Positions 24,101-31,229 of a stretch of 64,000 nt of DNA are shown one piece after another. A program made the translations under genes and the position numbers. This stretch comes from a virus, in IMG/VR virus record IMGVR_UViG_3300048691_000181, positions 42,964 to 106,963 of that record. One strand, 5' to 3'. The notes beneath the pieces are model-generated. The model had not been told where the DNA came from. It saw nothing but the letters and a program-made list of their open reading frames with translations, and ran no database searches. The first letter of the stretch is position 1, and each line of letters begins with the position of its first letter.

Positions 24101-27100
24101 AGGATGTTAAACTCTTCTGCTGTGTCTTATGAAGACATTAGAACCACTGTTTCAGATTCTATCATATCTGGTATTCAAACATTGCTTTTAACTGGACCTT
24201 TTACACCTGAACAATATACGGCTAATGCTAAAGCGTTTAAGGACAAGATTAAGAAAGAAGCATTGAAGGTTAAAGGCTTCTCTGATTCGGATATTAGTGG
24301 AGAATTGAAGAATGCTTCTACTGTAGCAAGCTTAGTAGCATTAGACAACTTATTCGATGATATGTACGATTGGATGAGCCTGCCAGAAAATAGGAACAGA
24401 TTTTTAAACAGAAATAACCTTAACCAGTTAGAAGAAGCTGAATCTATACTTACCGATATGGAAGAAGCTAAGTATAAAGGCACTTCTGGCAATACAAAAG
24501 GAGAAGTTGCAATAAGCTTCGGACAACGTATCATCGAAATAACCAAGTTCTTAAACAGCTTAGATACAGAGACTATTCGCTTAACCATGAAGTCGATGAG
24601 TGGAGATATGCTCTATGCGTTTCAAAACTCTACTTTTATGATGGACTTATGGCATGACATGAAGGATACGGATATTACTTTAGATAAGCTTCAATCTCTC
24701 TATCCTTTCTTAAAGTCTAAGAACTTTGAACACAATTCCTTTAACAAGACAGGTGTTGGTTCTAATCACATTATAAACTTCTCTACATTTGATGCGTATA
24801 AACAAACCTTTACGGGTTCTGTAAAAGTACACAAAGCAGAGAATGAACAAGAGTTCTTACGTCGGGTTATCAACTTCCATTTCTTACACAATATGGCTGC
24901 GGCTGATGTTTCTTCTTCTGGTACGGTGAATAGACTTACGTATGACCAAGAGACATTCCCCTTAGAAGGACGTGCAAGACTTCAGATGGCAAATATCAAC
25001 TTCTTAAACAAAGAAGAATTGAAAGGTAGCTTAAATAATATTCTACTTCAATTACGCAATAGAGAACATGATATGATTCAGACATGGGTTAAAGGACAAC
25101 CTACGAAAGACAAGAATGGCAATTGGACGGCACATGTCTTAAACTATCTGGGTATGTCTAAATCTATGCTCTTAGGAGAAGGTGTTACAGAAGAGCAGAT
25201 AGATGCCTTTGAGAAGGCTTTAACAATGGAGACGATAGCTAACAAGGAAATCCCATTATCTTCTGTTACAGAGAAATTGAACAATGCTCTTGCTCCTTTA
25301 ATGGAACAGTTAGGAAGGGCTATCTGGCAGAATATGGTTAAGTATAATAAGACAATACATCCTCAAATCTTAACCGCAGCAAGAAATATGAAGTCTCAAG
25401 GATGGATGACTCAAGCTGAATTAGATGAGATGGTTTCTATCTTATCTCCTACTGCTACAGTTGGTTCATTCCCTACTATTGCTAAGTATAATAAGAATAA
25501 GGATTTAGGGACAACAACTTACTTTTATAATGATATTTCTGATGCGGATAAAGTTAAGTTAGATGGAATCGTAGGTAAGATGTTTGGTGCTTACCAGTAT
25601 AACCGTTATGTAAACTCTTATCATCTTAACCAGATGATAGCAGGCGACTTATTGATGTACGGTAAAGACTTAGACTTAATCAAGCGTTTATTAGGCACTT
25701 CAACTCCGGGACAACACTTCCAAGTTGACAATACACAAGGAGAACAAGGTACTATGAAGGATGCAGAATATAGGGCTAAGCTAACAGCGACTTCACCTTA
25801 TACGCGAGCTATTGTGGTTAGTGATGCGGTTATGCCTAATACAAGGTCTAAAACAAAACAGAAGATAGAAGACATAGATGAAGACGGTAATCCGATAACA
25901 CGAGAAGTAGAACCAGAAGGATTTGACAACAAGCGCTCTATGGAAACTACGCTTCGTCGTATACTTCAACCACAAGACGAAGAAGCAAGGAATCTACTCT
26001 ATACAGATAAGTCTCAATTGTTATATAAAGATGAGATTGAAGCTGCGATTAAGAAGATTACGGAAGCGCATGGCGATAAAGGCTTTGAGATTACGGACGG
26101 TTATTGTTTAATGACACAAGCTGGTTACGAGAACTTGAAGAAAGGTTTATCTGAAGCATACGATTTAGGTGATGCTCAAAAGCTTATCTATTTTGGTATA
26201 GATGAACATATAGAACAATTACGTGGTGTAGATGGTAGGGCTGGTGTAGCTACTCCTTATTATGTTAAATCTTCTTATCTTGTTTTGTCTCCTGCTTTAA
26301 TTGCACAGTATCCTGCATTGAATAGACTGAACCAATTCTTAATTGCTGCTAAGGCGGATGAACTTCACTTTGGTTCTTCTGTTAAAGTAGGTGCACCAAA
26401 GAATACGACAAGCTATGAAGATATACTTCATTCTGACGATAGAGCAAGGACTTTAGGAAAGTTTGGCTTAGACAATGCCAATGTAGTTAGAATGAACAAT
26501 AAGTATCGGAGAGCTGTCTATAACCCTATTGCCAAGTTAGATTCTAAGATTTCTTTATTTACCCAGATGTTCTATATGCAGATGGTAAATACGCCTTCGG
26601 GAGAGAAGTCGGATACAATTACATCTGCCTTAGCCTTCTTGTTTGAGAAAGGAATTGAAAGAGAAACACGTTTAATGAAGAATAATTTTGGTGCTTTTAT
26701 CCAGAAGACAATCAAAAATGCACCAATCTTAGCTTCTTACGATGAATACTTAAATGGAACATTAGACGAAGATACGATTAAGCGGTTGATGACAGATGCG
26801 ACAATACGTAAAGCTGTTCAGACTGCTATTGTCTCAACCATAACAAAGAAGGCTATTAACGTAAACTTTAAAGGCGCTAAGCTAATTTCTGCGCCAGCAG
26901 GCTTATTAGATAGTTCTGGGTCTAAACCTTTAACACTTAGACACGAAGTTATTACAGACGAAGCTGGTAATAAGACTATCCAATATACAGCAGACTGTAT
27001 TGTTTCAGAAGGGATGTTAGATGCAGCTCAAAAGGCTTTCTTAGACGGAGACAAAGATTATCACCAATCTGGGATAGATAAAAATAGCGGTATAAACATA

Positions 27101-30100
27101 GATGGACATAAGGTTTACTTCGAGAAAGGAGACTTCTTGTCTATGCGATTACCTACAACAGGTAAGCATAGTGGTGTAGTTCTACGTGTCGTAGGTTACC
27201 ATAAATCTCCTGCTAACATAGTCTTTGTTGCACCTGAATCCTCTAAGATATTAGGAGAGGATTATGACGTAGATGCACGTTTTACTGTGTTTAGAGAGAC
27301 ATGGAAAGGAAAGGATGGGTTTGAGATGAGCTATAATATTGGAGGGATAGAAACAAAACTTAAGGTAGACAACTTTCAACCAATAGGCTATATTAAGAAA
27401 AAGATAGGCTATCGGAAACAGGTTATGCAAGGCAATGACCACAACGACTATAAGTTGTCTAAGGAAACACAACACATAGCTTGGTCAACCTCTAAGGATA
27501 TTATGTTAGAGCAAACTAAGACATTGGATAAGTTGAGAAAACATATTTCAAGTCTTATCGAAAAAGTTGTAGATGCTCAAAGTGAAGAATATGAGCTCTA
27601 TTATTCTCAGTTAAAGAATCTTGAGAAGTATGAAGATGCACTCTTGCGTAATATTATTGTAGAGACTATTATGGATAATCTATCTTCTCCTGACCATATT
27701 ATTGAGATGTCTTTACCGATTACAACAGAACACTTTGTTCCTTTGATTAAGACCTTAGAAATTAAATTAGGCTGGCATAATGAAATTAAAGAGAAGTATA
27801 ATCCTTCTATCATTAGAGACATCTTAGGCTTACATTCTAATATACATGGTGGAGATATTATAACGGGAGCAGGAGCGAATGGCTTTAAGGAATTAGCCTA
27901 TATTTTCAACACGGCATTGGATGATAAGGGGGAAAAAGAATTAAAGGCATTAAGGAATAAGTCTAATGCAAGAGCCAGAGCAAGAAAGAGAGTTGCAGGT
28001 ATAATGAAGTCTTATGGGGAGACTGAAATTACTCCAGAGTCTATTCAAAAAGCCAAAGAAGACATTTCAAAACAAATAGAAACGCTTAAACAAGAGATTG
28101 TTAACGATAGAGAATATCTTGATAATATATTAAATAGACCTCTTTCTGGAAAAAGAAATGAAGAGCAAGAACGAGAAGATGAAATTGACTTTTTGGCAAA
28201 TGAGATAGATTCTAAGTATAAGCAGATAGAAGAATTTAAGACCTACCGAATTACAGATGAAAACATAGAATATACAAAAGGAACTGAATCAGAAGAAGCT
28301 ATGAAGACAGAAAGACTTCAAGATTTAAAGGCCCTGAACGCTATTTATAAAGCTTCTAATCAACGTTCTCTTGCTCATGGTAATGTTCCTTCATCTAATA
28401 GAAGAACAGGGCTTAGATTCAAGCAAATGCCTATTTCTATCTCTGACTCTAACGGTACCATCTCTTATGGTCATATCACAGAGAATGGCTATTGGATGGA
28501 AAATAAGAAAGAAAGGTTTGGCCTATCTATTTGGGAACAGTTAGATGCGATTATTAACTTAGCATTGGACAACTTGAAAGAAAACAAGTTAGGTAAGCTC
28601 TCTATTTCTAATGATACGTTTCAGGCTATCTTAGGTGGTTTAGCTTTAGGGATGCCATTTCAAGAAGAGAATAACCTCATAGGAAATCTTCTTTACCAGC
28701 CAGCTATTAAGATGCTTACACATTCTCAATATGTCGGCATCTCTGATATTCACGATAGAATAGGCTTAAAGATGATTAAGAAAGGACAGAAAGATAATAT
28801 GGAACGTGCTGTGGCATACGAAGAGGCTTTTAAGGAAGATCAAGCAAATACTATTGGAGATACGTTAGTGAAAGTTCTTTCTGTTATGGACAAAGAAGCA
28901 CTTGAATTATCTCGGGTAGAGAATGAAGCATCGGAAGGTGCCGACTTCTTCGATTTAAGCGTCTATCTAAGTGGAACCTCATCCAATGCAGGTATATGGG
29001 AAGAGAACGCGCACAAAGGATATTTCAAGGTAATGGAAGCAGTTCTTGAAGTTTTAAATAAGACAGATAACTGGGATATTCAAGGTTGGGCAGGTAATGG
29101 CGAAAGAACTCAAGACTTGGTAAAGAAAGCCAATGGCGTACTTAGAACTATCTTGACCGATAAGTTTACACGTGCATTTGACGATACTCGACTCTTCGAT
29201 AATGACTCCTTTATCATCTTCCTTAAACAGAATCTAAAGGCTCTAACCGTATTTAAACAGTTAGATATTCTTGGTGCAGATATCAATACGATGAATAAGC
29301 CTATTGCTGCGCTACGTATCAATCCCACTGATGCTGTTGAAGTTCAGGAGACTTTGTCTCAAAATGGTATATTTGGTCCAACCTTGACCAATATAAAACC
29401 GCGCTATAAGAGATATATGGGCTTCTCCGAATTCAAAGATAAGTTAGATGAATCAGATGATCGTATTACAACTCAATCGCTTTCAATCAATCCAGAGAAC
29501 TTTATCAATAAGCAACCTCATATTAAAGGAGCACTCTTAGGAGCTCAAAGTGCTCAGGCTATGAATGCTCGTTATATGATTATCGAAGACCCCTCGTTTA
29601 AGCAGATGATAGAAGATACGCTTGAGATGTTATCCGAAGGCAAGTATAATAACATTATATCTGTTAGAGCAGACAACCATATTTCAGAAGAAGCTCGACT
29701 CATCTTAATCAAAGAAGAATTAGCTCGATTTGCTATCTTTAACGAGTATAAAGACTTTATGGAAGCAGAAGAATCTCCTTATGGTAAAGAGATAGAGTTT
29801 GGTTCGATGAAGGATAATATTGGTGTTATCTTAGAAGCATGGAAAGTAAAGGATAAGAATGTTATAATAGCAACAGAGAACCTAATCTTAGATGCTATTC
29901 GTTTTGATAATAGAGGTAAACTTCGATTCAGAGGGTCAGATATCTTAGATAAGAAGAATCATCAAGCTTACTTAATGGCAGCAGAAGATTTATCTAATAT
30001 GTACTTTGACCAAGTATCTGGTAAAGTATTGGCTGGAGAAGAACGAATAAAACAAGAAGAAAAGAACTGGATAGATACTAAATTGTCTGAACCAGAGAAA

Positions 30101-31156
30101 ACAAGAAGGAGAGGCTTAATAATTCCTTTAGATTTATTCTTAGGTATCTATCTTAAACTTGAACAGCAAGGCTATGGTACAGAACATAAAGCATATCAAC
30201 TACTCTCTAAAGATGTTAGAGACCTTATTGCTGATTTAGCTTATACGGGTATGGAGAACTTGAAGGATGTTATTGATTCTGGTACAGAACAAAAAGAAGT
30301 AGATGGTATTCAAGGAAGAGAATTCTCTGAAGAGTTGACCAATCTACGTCAAGCCTTTACTGAATCTGTTCTTCGTAGAAACTTAGAGTCTGTTGGAGAT
30401 GTTTATGAAACAGCAACCAATGGGATTAAGTTTGTTCCTTCAGAGAGTAAGGATATGATTCTATTTGGCGGAGAACAAAAAGCTCGAGTTGACCTTTCTG
30501 GTTTCGAGAAAGAAGTTAAGATTAACGAAAGAGGTTTCTTCTATGATTTGAAAGTTGTTACTGATAAGGAAATGCCTCCTTACATTAAAGCTAATGGGAA
30601 TCTCTACGTCCGACTATTGTCTACGTACGACGAGAAAGCGGAAATATCTAAGAAGAAAGACAAACAAGGTAAAGAAATAGAAAGTAAGGCGACTGAAGTA
30701 AAAAAGAACAATACTCATTTCTTTGTTAAACTACCACGTTCTACAACCTTTGCTAAAGAATCTTTTCTCTCTAACAGGTTAGATACTTCTTATTTGTCTA
30801 TTATTCCTTACCAGAAACAAGCTACTACTTTTGCTGTAAGAGAAAGTTTGATTAAGCGATTGGAAGCTTCTATTAAAGAGAATAAAGGAATCATTTTTCT
30901 TTACGAGAAAAATGATGTATCTTTGTCTAACCCGATACCCATTAAGATTAAGGAAGGTTCTACGGAACAAGAGATAACAACTTCGGGCAAACAGAAGCCT
31001 ATCTATCGTGTTTACGAATATACAACTTTTCCAGAGATACATACGGCTAACTATCGAAAACAATTGCCTATGCCAATCAAGAGTACACATAGTCTTTTCT
31101 TGGCTGGTAGAGCCTTAGAAGAAGAAGATGCCTTAAGAGACTCTTGTGATGTTTAA
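12173..31156 (+). CDS. Giant virion RNA polymerase polyprotein (6327 aa): ejection N-terminus, SF1 helicase, zincin, two-barrel RNAP
   Basis: RNAP: KRLLGTSTPG, TDGYC, YYVKSS, SSVKVG, RLPTTGKHS and catalytic GEDYDVD (DYDVD at 27260-27274). Helicase: GVSGSGKT (17030-17053), IIADE, MGDSSQ, YRAS, QGRTFD, YMAITRG. Zincin: HEFFH (22499-22513)...EEYLA. Confidence 0.88.
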   Translation: MDEQGQDPFAGGLQPLKNTYQRQFQTLDKPTEMEAYNEYDRGFIPNSGMSQEHNRANNQSSGDLLAKAVKRLAISTPLKFAESISDLGGFLTGTSAMDNPLSVGLRQAEDAWKEMNPVYRSQKYDEGTVWDKMTSGSFLANDLIDGVAYMASAWGGTKLIGAGVGMALKATMPELALAEAAMANGQQLSGGSKFVQTLLNRGLDANNITRGTVTALNTISEATAESVDSYTQVKQNLLRKKQLGLMGHSGYEDYANIGDDQIESEARSAYKETFVGNAAILILPNWLESGWWLGKAGKAGARATLTTAFRAGETQLAQEAEKMGFKHGAIAFAKGFATEGLWEENLQGALQMYEKSISDPTLSNRDRGLFPGIAGTLKNSATNLAGFSKSLLGGNIDANSEEGQGAISIWLGGALGSPMALMGHYREQVDNKKQRTELQAELDRAHQNSKILGHGFNKEINFAVDSIEKDDTGKIKKDAEGNPIIKFDIEKKTRDLISGFFKEMSANHAVLADMADNEIYGAVNTHFSAFNAAMEIEQSRWDKGIKDVFAERLVKNFEEMSKGTEAVPESKDEQGNVIPAQEAVEGTNVGRGLFKLELLNSYRDLYRNEYQAAYNKAFRSFDGNDENKKRFLLDMVQNRTIEMFRLQMLKSLRDGNGSLTTDGLAEPYIKSKQGREDIEKLIAEKEAQIEKFNLRTNSKGIEAMYGEYQKSQSVDDVQEALGNAVKEVADLTKELSATTETEVEQTTKDADGKDVVTKVKQQVGISEEKRKELNRKIQEKKNEVFLKRQEYEEQAGIHAKSISTNFYHDKDLAKDALAGKDVRGMGRYQYERLAHSRTKIGGRFSRYQNRRMGQVQDSLIAQVAANIQANREKMAGDLTLVDRVQDLMDQYEDALLNPQAGSEEIRQQLQENEEKSHLLYQEEKDLDLRYTEELKYATTSLLRNRIDKTFQKQRALLSERRELLINEYKNLEQEYKDFADDKALDIIEEMLQLITQNQRVLFQASLFDGSVIAKFMNLVETIRDKSEKAIVEYNDLIEQRDELGQKIQEGVFDKPIIEGLRELKNIDLYGIKPEYFLSTPIVKDEDEDGNEFALGFGIRQGTHIFPSNFDDVVELQKNLLKAIKAKDDALNQYKTLLSQIDEKDSLTRKYANILNGAEATAALPERAGLEEAVTKYKEHVKERSKLNLEHTKLKDYDKKAQLAIETEWLVNPNEAYFRQYLVEQNTDDVLNALSIEFSNIAAGKLFDSAFDIDDKSTWTILPDVAFTMPLVTARYFKEKLEEIVNMTKHTTEDETAKGIIEAYKKVSQIMGMGKYEITLPKALDMLNAIIAHEDNRQNINIGRMEAFEKNQKASHQEVLDIIHGSDAIKLDDSYGLFRELQAIKSSERSTKKADALKSLEAKEKAILLEVDTLIAQMGITALPSGYESMSGTTKLNALLFSLGGLSSFLSLAGGEKLNEQMRVAFKFHAFVRVLQSTGDINQTLYEISKDAKLNDTQKAQLTGLITKLTSLSPIETAQGYLNSTIGDKGKNDAKYQAFVNILTSIDKAPMDGLGYSPNYLQMNAFIESVINFDLSQKENESRVTGLKKKFNSDSFPQDVLAKEYIKDLNDRPLNASLLLGVSGSGKTIGTQLLIKYYLAAGSGNRPSETKRVLLVGHTSASSENLKNEAVRTIPAANAMTAVTNVEFYNMTPEQRSEFDLIIADEQFTLSTDEFRIFQNAGRNAYNDEGGPAVYGKDGLKILQTPVLFIMGDSSQPRGEIMNYLTDLESVKDAAYKSVKRLTPLSIGYRASVQAIESVAYQFKSSTEHVQLETTEANKTIEEFRIQDKNAIIAANDNQALKESLSIIGLISDNDADEQTRQNKILDLVTLLDNNTSTEKTVIIVANEKKKQAYIEGLVRLSPNIKPDYAKEGRIQVMTFNDVQGRTFDNVLIDYVPTDKMVQRSVVFNPATRKYEQKYTEIALADLQLAVGSEYKKNSNVYMAITRGKKFVYMNGISQAKLETDNKLQKHVFSGTKEAEALRKNYEEVKKNFGVQVNQAVTTTPIAPTPAPAASSTNTNPPPAATPPAPPVAPTPAPTNPPPTPPVSDIDNSTPIIDNTVEEDEDELTEDALADVNTDGLIEEDKQDYQDQIDHIGIAQVIAAINPDFFAEGSDKIILQHPETIEDITINDGDTHLMVKQRFRIRQGLENIHQDGIDYTVVYPAAIDSIPVEGTTIPNSITVPIFSNTNDGKRVTVQVYVPLVTKEGERERFTGRYINSGTFRYMTEGVFKSETEHLGMGLDTVLNDMNSNEMSEYTTESKYFNGTTLTQKEIDDHKKVLKDKGLDTDLLMQEMVVHEQSDMNFRNYDPTKADSDKMKSVSQTIIQVLTDLKSKDNNVNDSTLEAFISEITINENGVIRLNPKFLLDGQAKVQQKLPAMLWEISTMALVNSKSERGVNFLSSASPALKAAFGQKGRSNGIYGMPVIILKNIPIGTKNGKTTIRDFFIPLNQPKMQATSEIVSTFTSLKSNLDNFKAVLDEVVASLGSDASTASILGLDAIKGEAERIENKNGRERALANGTSHIETNNTQTNLLNTSFLNMVLYAGQDLFDLQDDTFAPKTISDADIKKVLLDSLKTSFEAAKEKIVLEIFKNQNLGKNIDELLAKDKSPEATKSKRDQLAKIKREQEDKINFPQSETNILGSQYVLLTQGIIASPAEKLQQLKNVIVPMVYGNKGSFFGTALKNKPYTVEQVAKQTGIESAAEVAGKQPSDYLAEEIIKQFLSGSDTFKQSDIGFYFNPNEGNEAMQTKNESVKFKLLEGKLPAVVYAYLNAMKDSLDGKDVNTIQLEELFNIRNKSKIKNDAAFTSYQELKDEIAKLNFKKFNFTTETTPREILEKTKGFDLKASLASKALEHFAKANYKIKDENGNEKRLLMSKQDKNNQTAEQRSKTGRQAQFNVFARLTETNFNFASRQKLVRTKLEQAVKFQSKSQFPFGMFEIVQGEWSNQGKIKKKDTYGVNDSIFRSWMNQATNPNQDLGFTPMWNTGTEVKESLLRKEQTALYLAMWRAFSDDALGLAQFVKHMEQMGDSSYSEALTDSNGTQLPVPMTEGDIQRVIDTPTNYKQSVTFGLRSNEDERTENEKKLGRDEPSELNTTSVHKALDTTQGATQEHAKNILDKLDAAFPAVPLSVTPNKLVVQRANSAQAQQTKTEEDTTATQEAPTQPTSTPEEAITNARTEANDNLANQVANDPNSTVATDEDVDPLAALKKRIEGVDSTLTGKDKNALIENAITNTLIKTFDKYPLATIQKLSNMIIERIEGKSEEVAYTNSNLSEAEDALGHSMSLVKSVALMGQALSVLDSVSDKQITGKIKVKRKDHTVAFQQQDVNEAVKAIRRRIEGDVLTYAQSVLSDFGMDIGTVKMVSRLTDATMQSAQGNKPVWGYVKHGAIALEKSATRTDFNHEFFHYTFRYLMTEPERRLLIENAKSEFGEAFKNMSFAEQEEYLANQFEKYMQFRKFSPETKEEAKAKKTFLRAMFDRFIELFNWIIGARNIVVNKALGRKANADFEAIRTGKYKIYNAAWDMLYSGRLYEAAFSNGAQLEGIEDEFSIEGATLQGLIREIFSELKDASSQDYIDYVSHVELTIGMLYAEGHRDGYVMTYHQAIGQAFNKIQKQLEDKEAIPKIFTKLESLFSKESPDKVRSKMHSIFTEVIKSLINNIDMHVDIEKDNTVDMGEGVKNVDNEKKKAEDNPTTHLRHVIKTFFRIAGSDTKGKSLIPISKEKIFRDTINQVHFADLARLDEEIEVWLTSNTLAARIIEGKKSLEFGRAILDTSENNALAIKRRIIQIRKDSSIKNSGLTDNPGLGIRTLPVNAGNMAYVYDKHKQGYGLEYTNGGFSKTYYIDGRIAGNTKASSPKQIHDQLSLDLELYLDKNPSGDREALLAMIRNQTNFNLLVRRAEADQQLKALSQTIGSLGEVKMTSDTEGFEKGQLFLRRMLNSSAVSYEDIRTTVSDSIISGIQTLLLTGPFTPEQYTANAKAFKDKIKKEALKVKGFSDSDISGELKNASTVASLVALDNLFDDMYDWMSLPENRNRFLNRNNLNQLEEAESILTDMEEAKYKGTSGNTKGEVAISFGQRIIEITKFLNSLDTETIRLTMKSMSGDMLYAFQNSTFMMDLWHDMKDTDITLDKLQSLYPFLKSKNFEHNSFNKTGVGSNHIINFSTFDAYKQTFTGSVKVHKAENEQEFLRRVINFHFLHNMAAADVSSSGTVNRLTYDQETFPLEGRARLQMANINFLNKEELKGSLNNILLQLRNREHDMIQTWVKGQPTKDKNGNWTAHVLNYLGMSKSMLLGEGVTEEQIDAFEKALTMETIANKEIPLSSVTEKLNNALAPLMEQLGRAIWQNMVKYNKTIHPQILTAARNMKSQGWMTQAELDEMVSILSPTATVGSFPTIAKYNKNKDLGTTTYFYNDISDADKVKLDGIVGKMFGAYQYNRYVNSYHLNQMIAGDLLMYGKDLDLIKRLLGTSTPGQHFQVDNTQGEQGTMKDAEYRAKLTATSPYTRAIVVSDAVMPNTRSKTKQKIEDIDEDGNPITREVEPEGFDNKRSMETTLRRILQPQDEEARNLLYTDKSQLLYKDEIEAAIKKITEAHGDKGFEITDGYCLMTQAGYENLKKGLSEAYDLGDAQKLIYFGIDEHIEQLRGVDGRAGVATPYYVKSSYLVLSPALIAQYPALNRLNQFLIAAKADELHFGSSVKVGAPKNTTSYEDILHSDDRARTLGKFGLDNANVVRMNNKYRRAVYNPIAKLDSKISLFTQMFYMQMVNTPSGEKSDTITSALAFLFEKGIERETRLMKNNFGAFIQKTIKNAPILASYDEYLNGTLDEDTIKRLMTDATIRKAVQTAIVSTITKKAINVNFKGAKLISAPAGLLDSSGSKPLTLRHEVITDEAGNKTIQYTADCIVSEGMLDAAQKAFLDGDKDYHQSGIDKNSGINIDGHKVYFEKGDFLSMRLPTTGKHSGVVLRVVGYHKSPANIVFVAPESSKILGEDYDVDARFTVFRETWKGKDGFEMSYNIGGIETKLKVDNFQPIGYIKKKIGYRKQVMQGNDHNDYKLSKETQHIAWSTSKDIMLEQTKTLDKLRKHISSLIEKVVDAQSEEYELYYSQLKNLEKYEDALLRNIIVETIMDNLSSPDHIIEMSLPITTEHFVPLIKTLEIKLGWHNEIKEKYNPSIIRDILGLHSNIHGGDIITGAGANGFKELAYIFNTALDDKGEKELKALRNKSNARARARKRVAGIMKSYGETEITPESIQKAKEDISKQIETLKQEIVNDREYLDNILNRPLSGKRNEEQEREDEIDFLANEIDSKYKQIEEFKTYRITDENIEYTKGTESEEAMKTERLQDLKALNAIYKASNQRSLAHGNVPSSNRRTGLRFKQMPISISDSNGTISYGHITENGYWMENKKERFGLSIWEQLDAIINLALDNLKENKLGKLSISNDTFQAILGGLALGMPFQEENNLIGNLLYQPAIKMLTHSQYVGISDIHDRIGLKMIKKGQKDNMERAVAYEEAFKEDQANTIGDTLVKVLSVMDKEALELSRVENEASEGADFFDLSVYLSGTSSNAGIWEENAHKGYFKVMEAVLEVLNKTDNWDIQGWAGNGERTQDLVKKANGVLRTILTDKFTRAFDDTRLFDNDSFIIFLKQNLKALTVFKQLDILGADINTMNKPIAALRINPTDAVEVQETLSQNGIFGPTLTNIKPRYKRYMGFSEFKDKLDESDDRITTQSLSINPENFINKQPHIKGALLGAQSAQAMNARYMIIEDPSFKQMIEDTLEMLSEGKYNNIISVRADNHISEEARLILIKEELARFAIFNEYKDFMEAEESPYGKEIEFGSMKDNIGVILEAWKVKDKNVIIATENLILDAIRFDNRGKLRFRGSDILDKKNHQAYLMAAEDLSNMYFDQVSGKVLAGEERIKQEEKNWIDTKLSEPEKTRRRGLIIPLDLFLGIYLKLEQQGYGTEHKAYQLLSKDVRDLIADLAYTGMENLKDVIDSGTEQKEVDGIQGREFSEELTNLRQAFTESVLRRNLESVGDVYETATNGIKFVPSESKDMILFGGEQKARVDLSGFEKEVKINERGFFYDLKVVTDKEMPPYIKANGNLYVRLLSTYDEKAEISKKKDKQGKEIESKATEVKKNNTHFFVKLPRSTTFAKESFLSNRLDTSYLSIIPYQKQATTFAVRESLIKRLEASIKENKGIIFLYEKNDVSLSNPIPIKIKEGSTEQEITTSGKQKPIYRVYEYTTFPEIHTANYRKQLPMPIKSTHSLFLAGRALEEEDALRDSCDV
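18290..18430 (+). repeat. Pro/Ala/Thr-rich linker with an 18-bp direct repeat
   Basis: gcaccaactcctgctcca at 18308-18325 and 18386-18403; encodes APTPAP twice just after the helicase domain. Confidence 0.8.
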
Positions 31157-31175
31157 ATGGCTTAGAATCAAAATA

Positions 31176-31207
31176 AACCACCTTGTACGTCATTATACAA
31201 GGTGGTT
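31176..31207 (+). terminator. 12-bp perfect hairpin between the two giant genes
   Basis: aaccaccttgta-cgtcatta-tacaaggtggtt. No strong U-tract on +, so it may be a processing or stability hairpin. Confidence 0.5.
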
Positions 31208-31229
31208 AACCTTAAAACTTTAATCTCCT

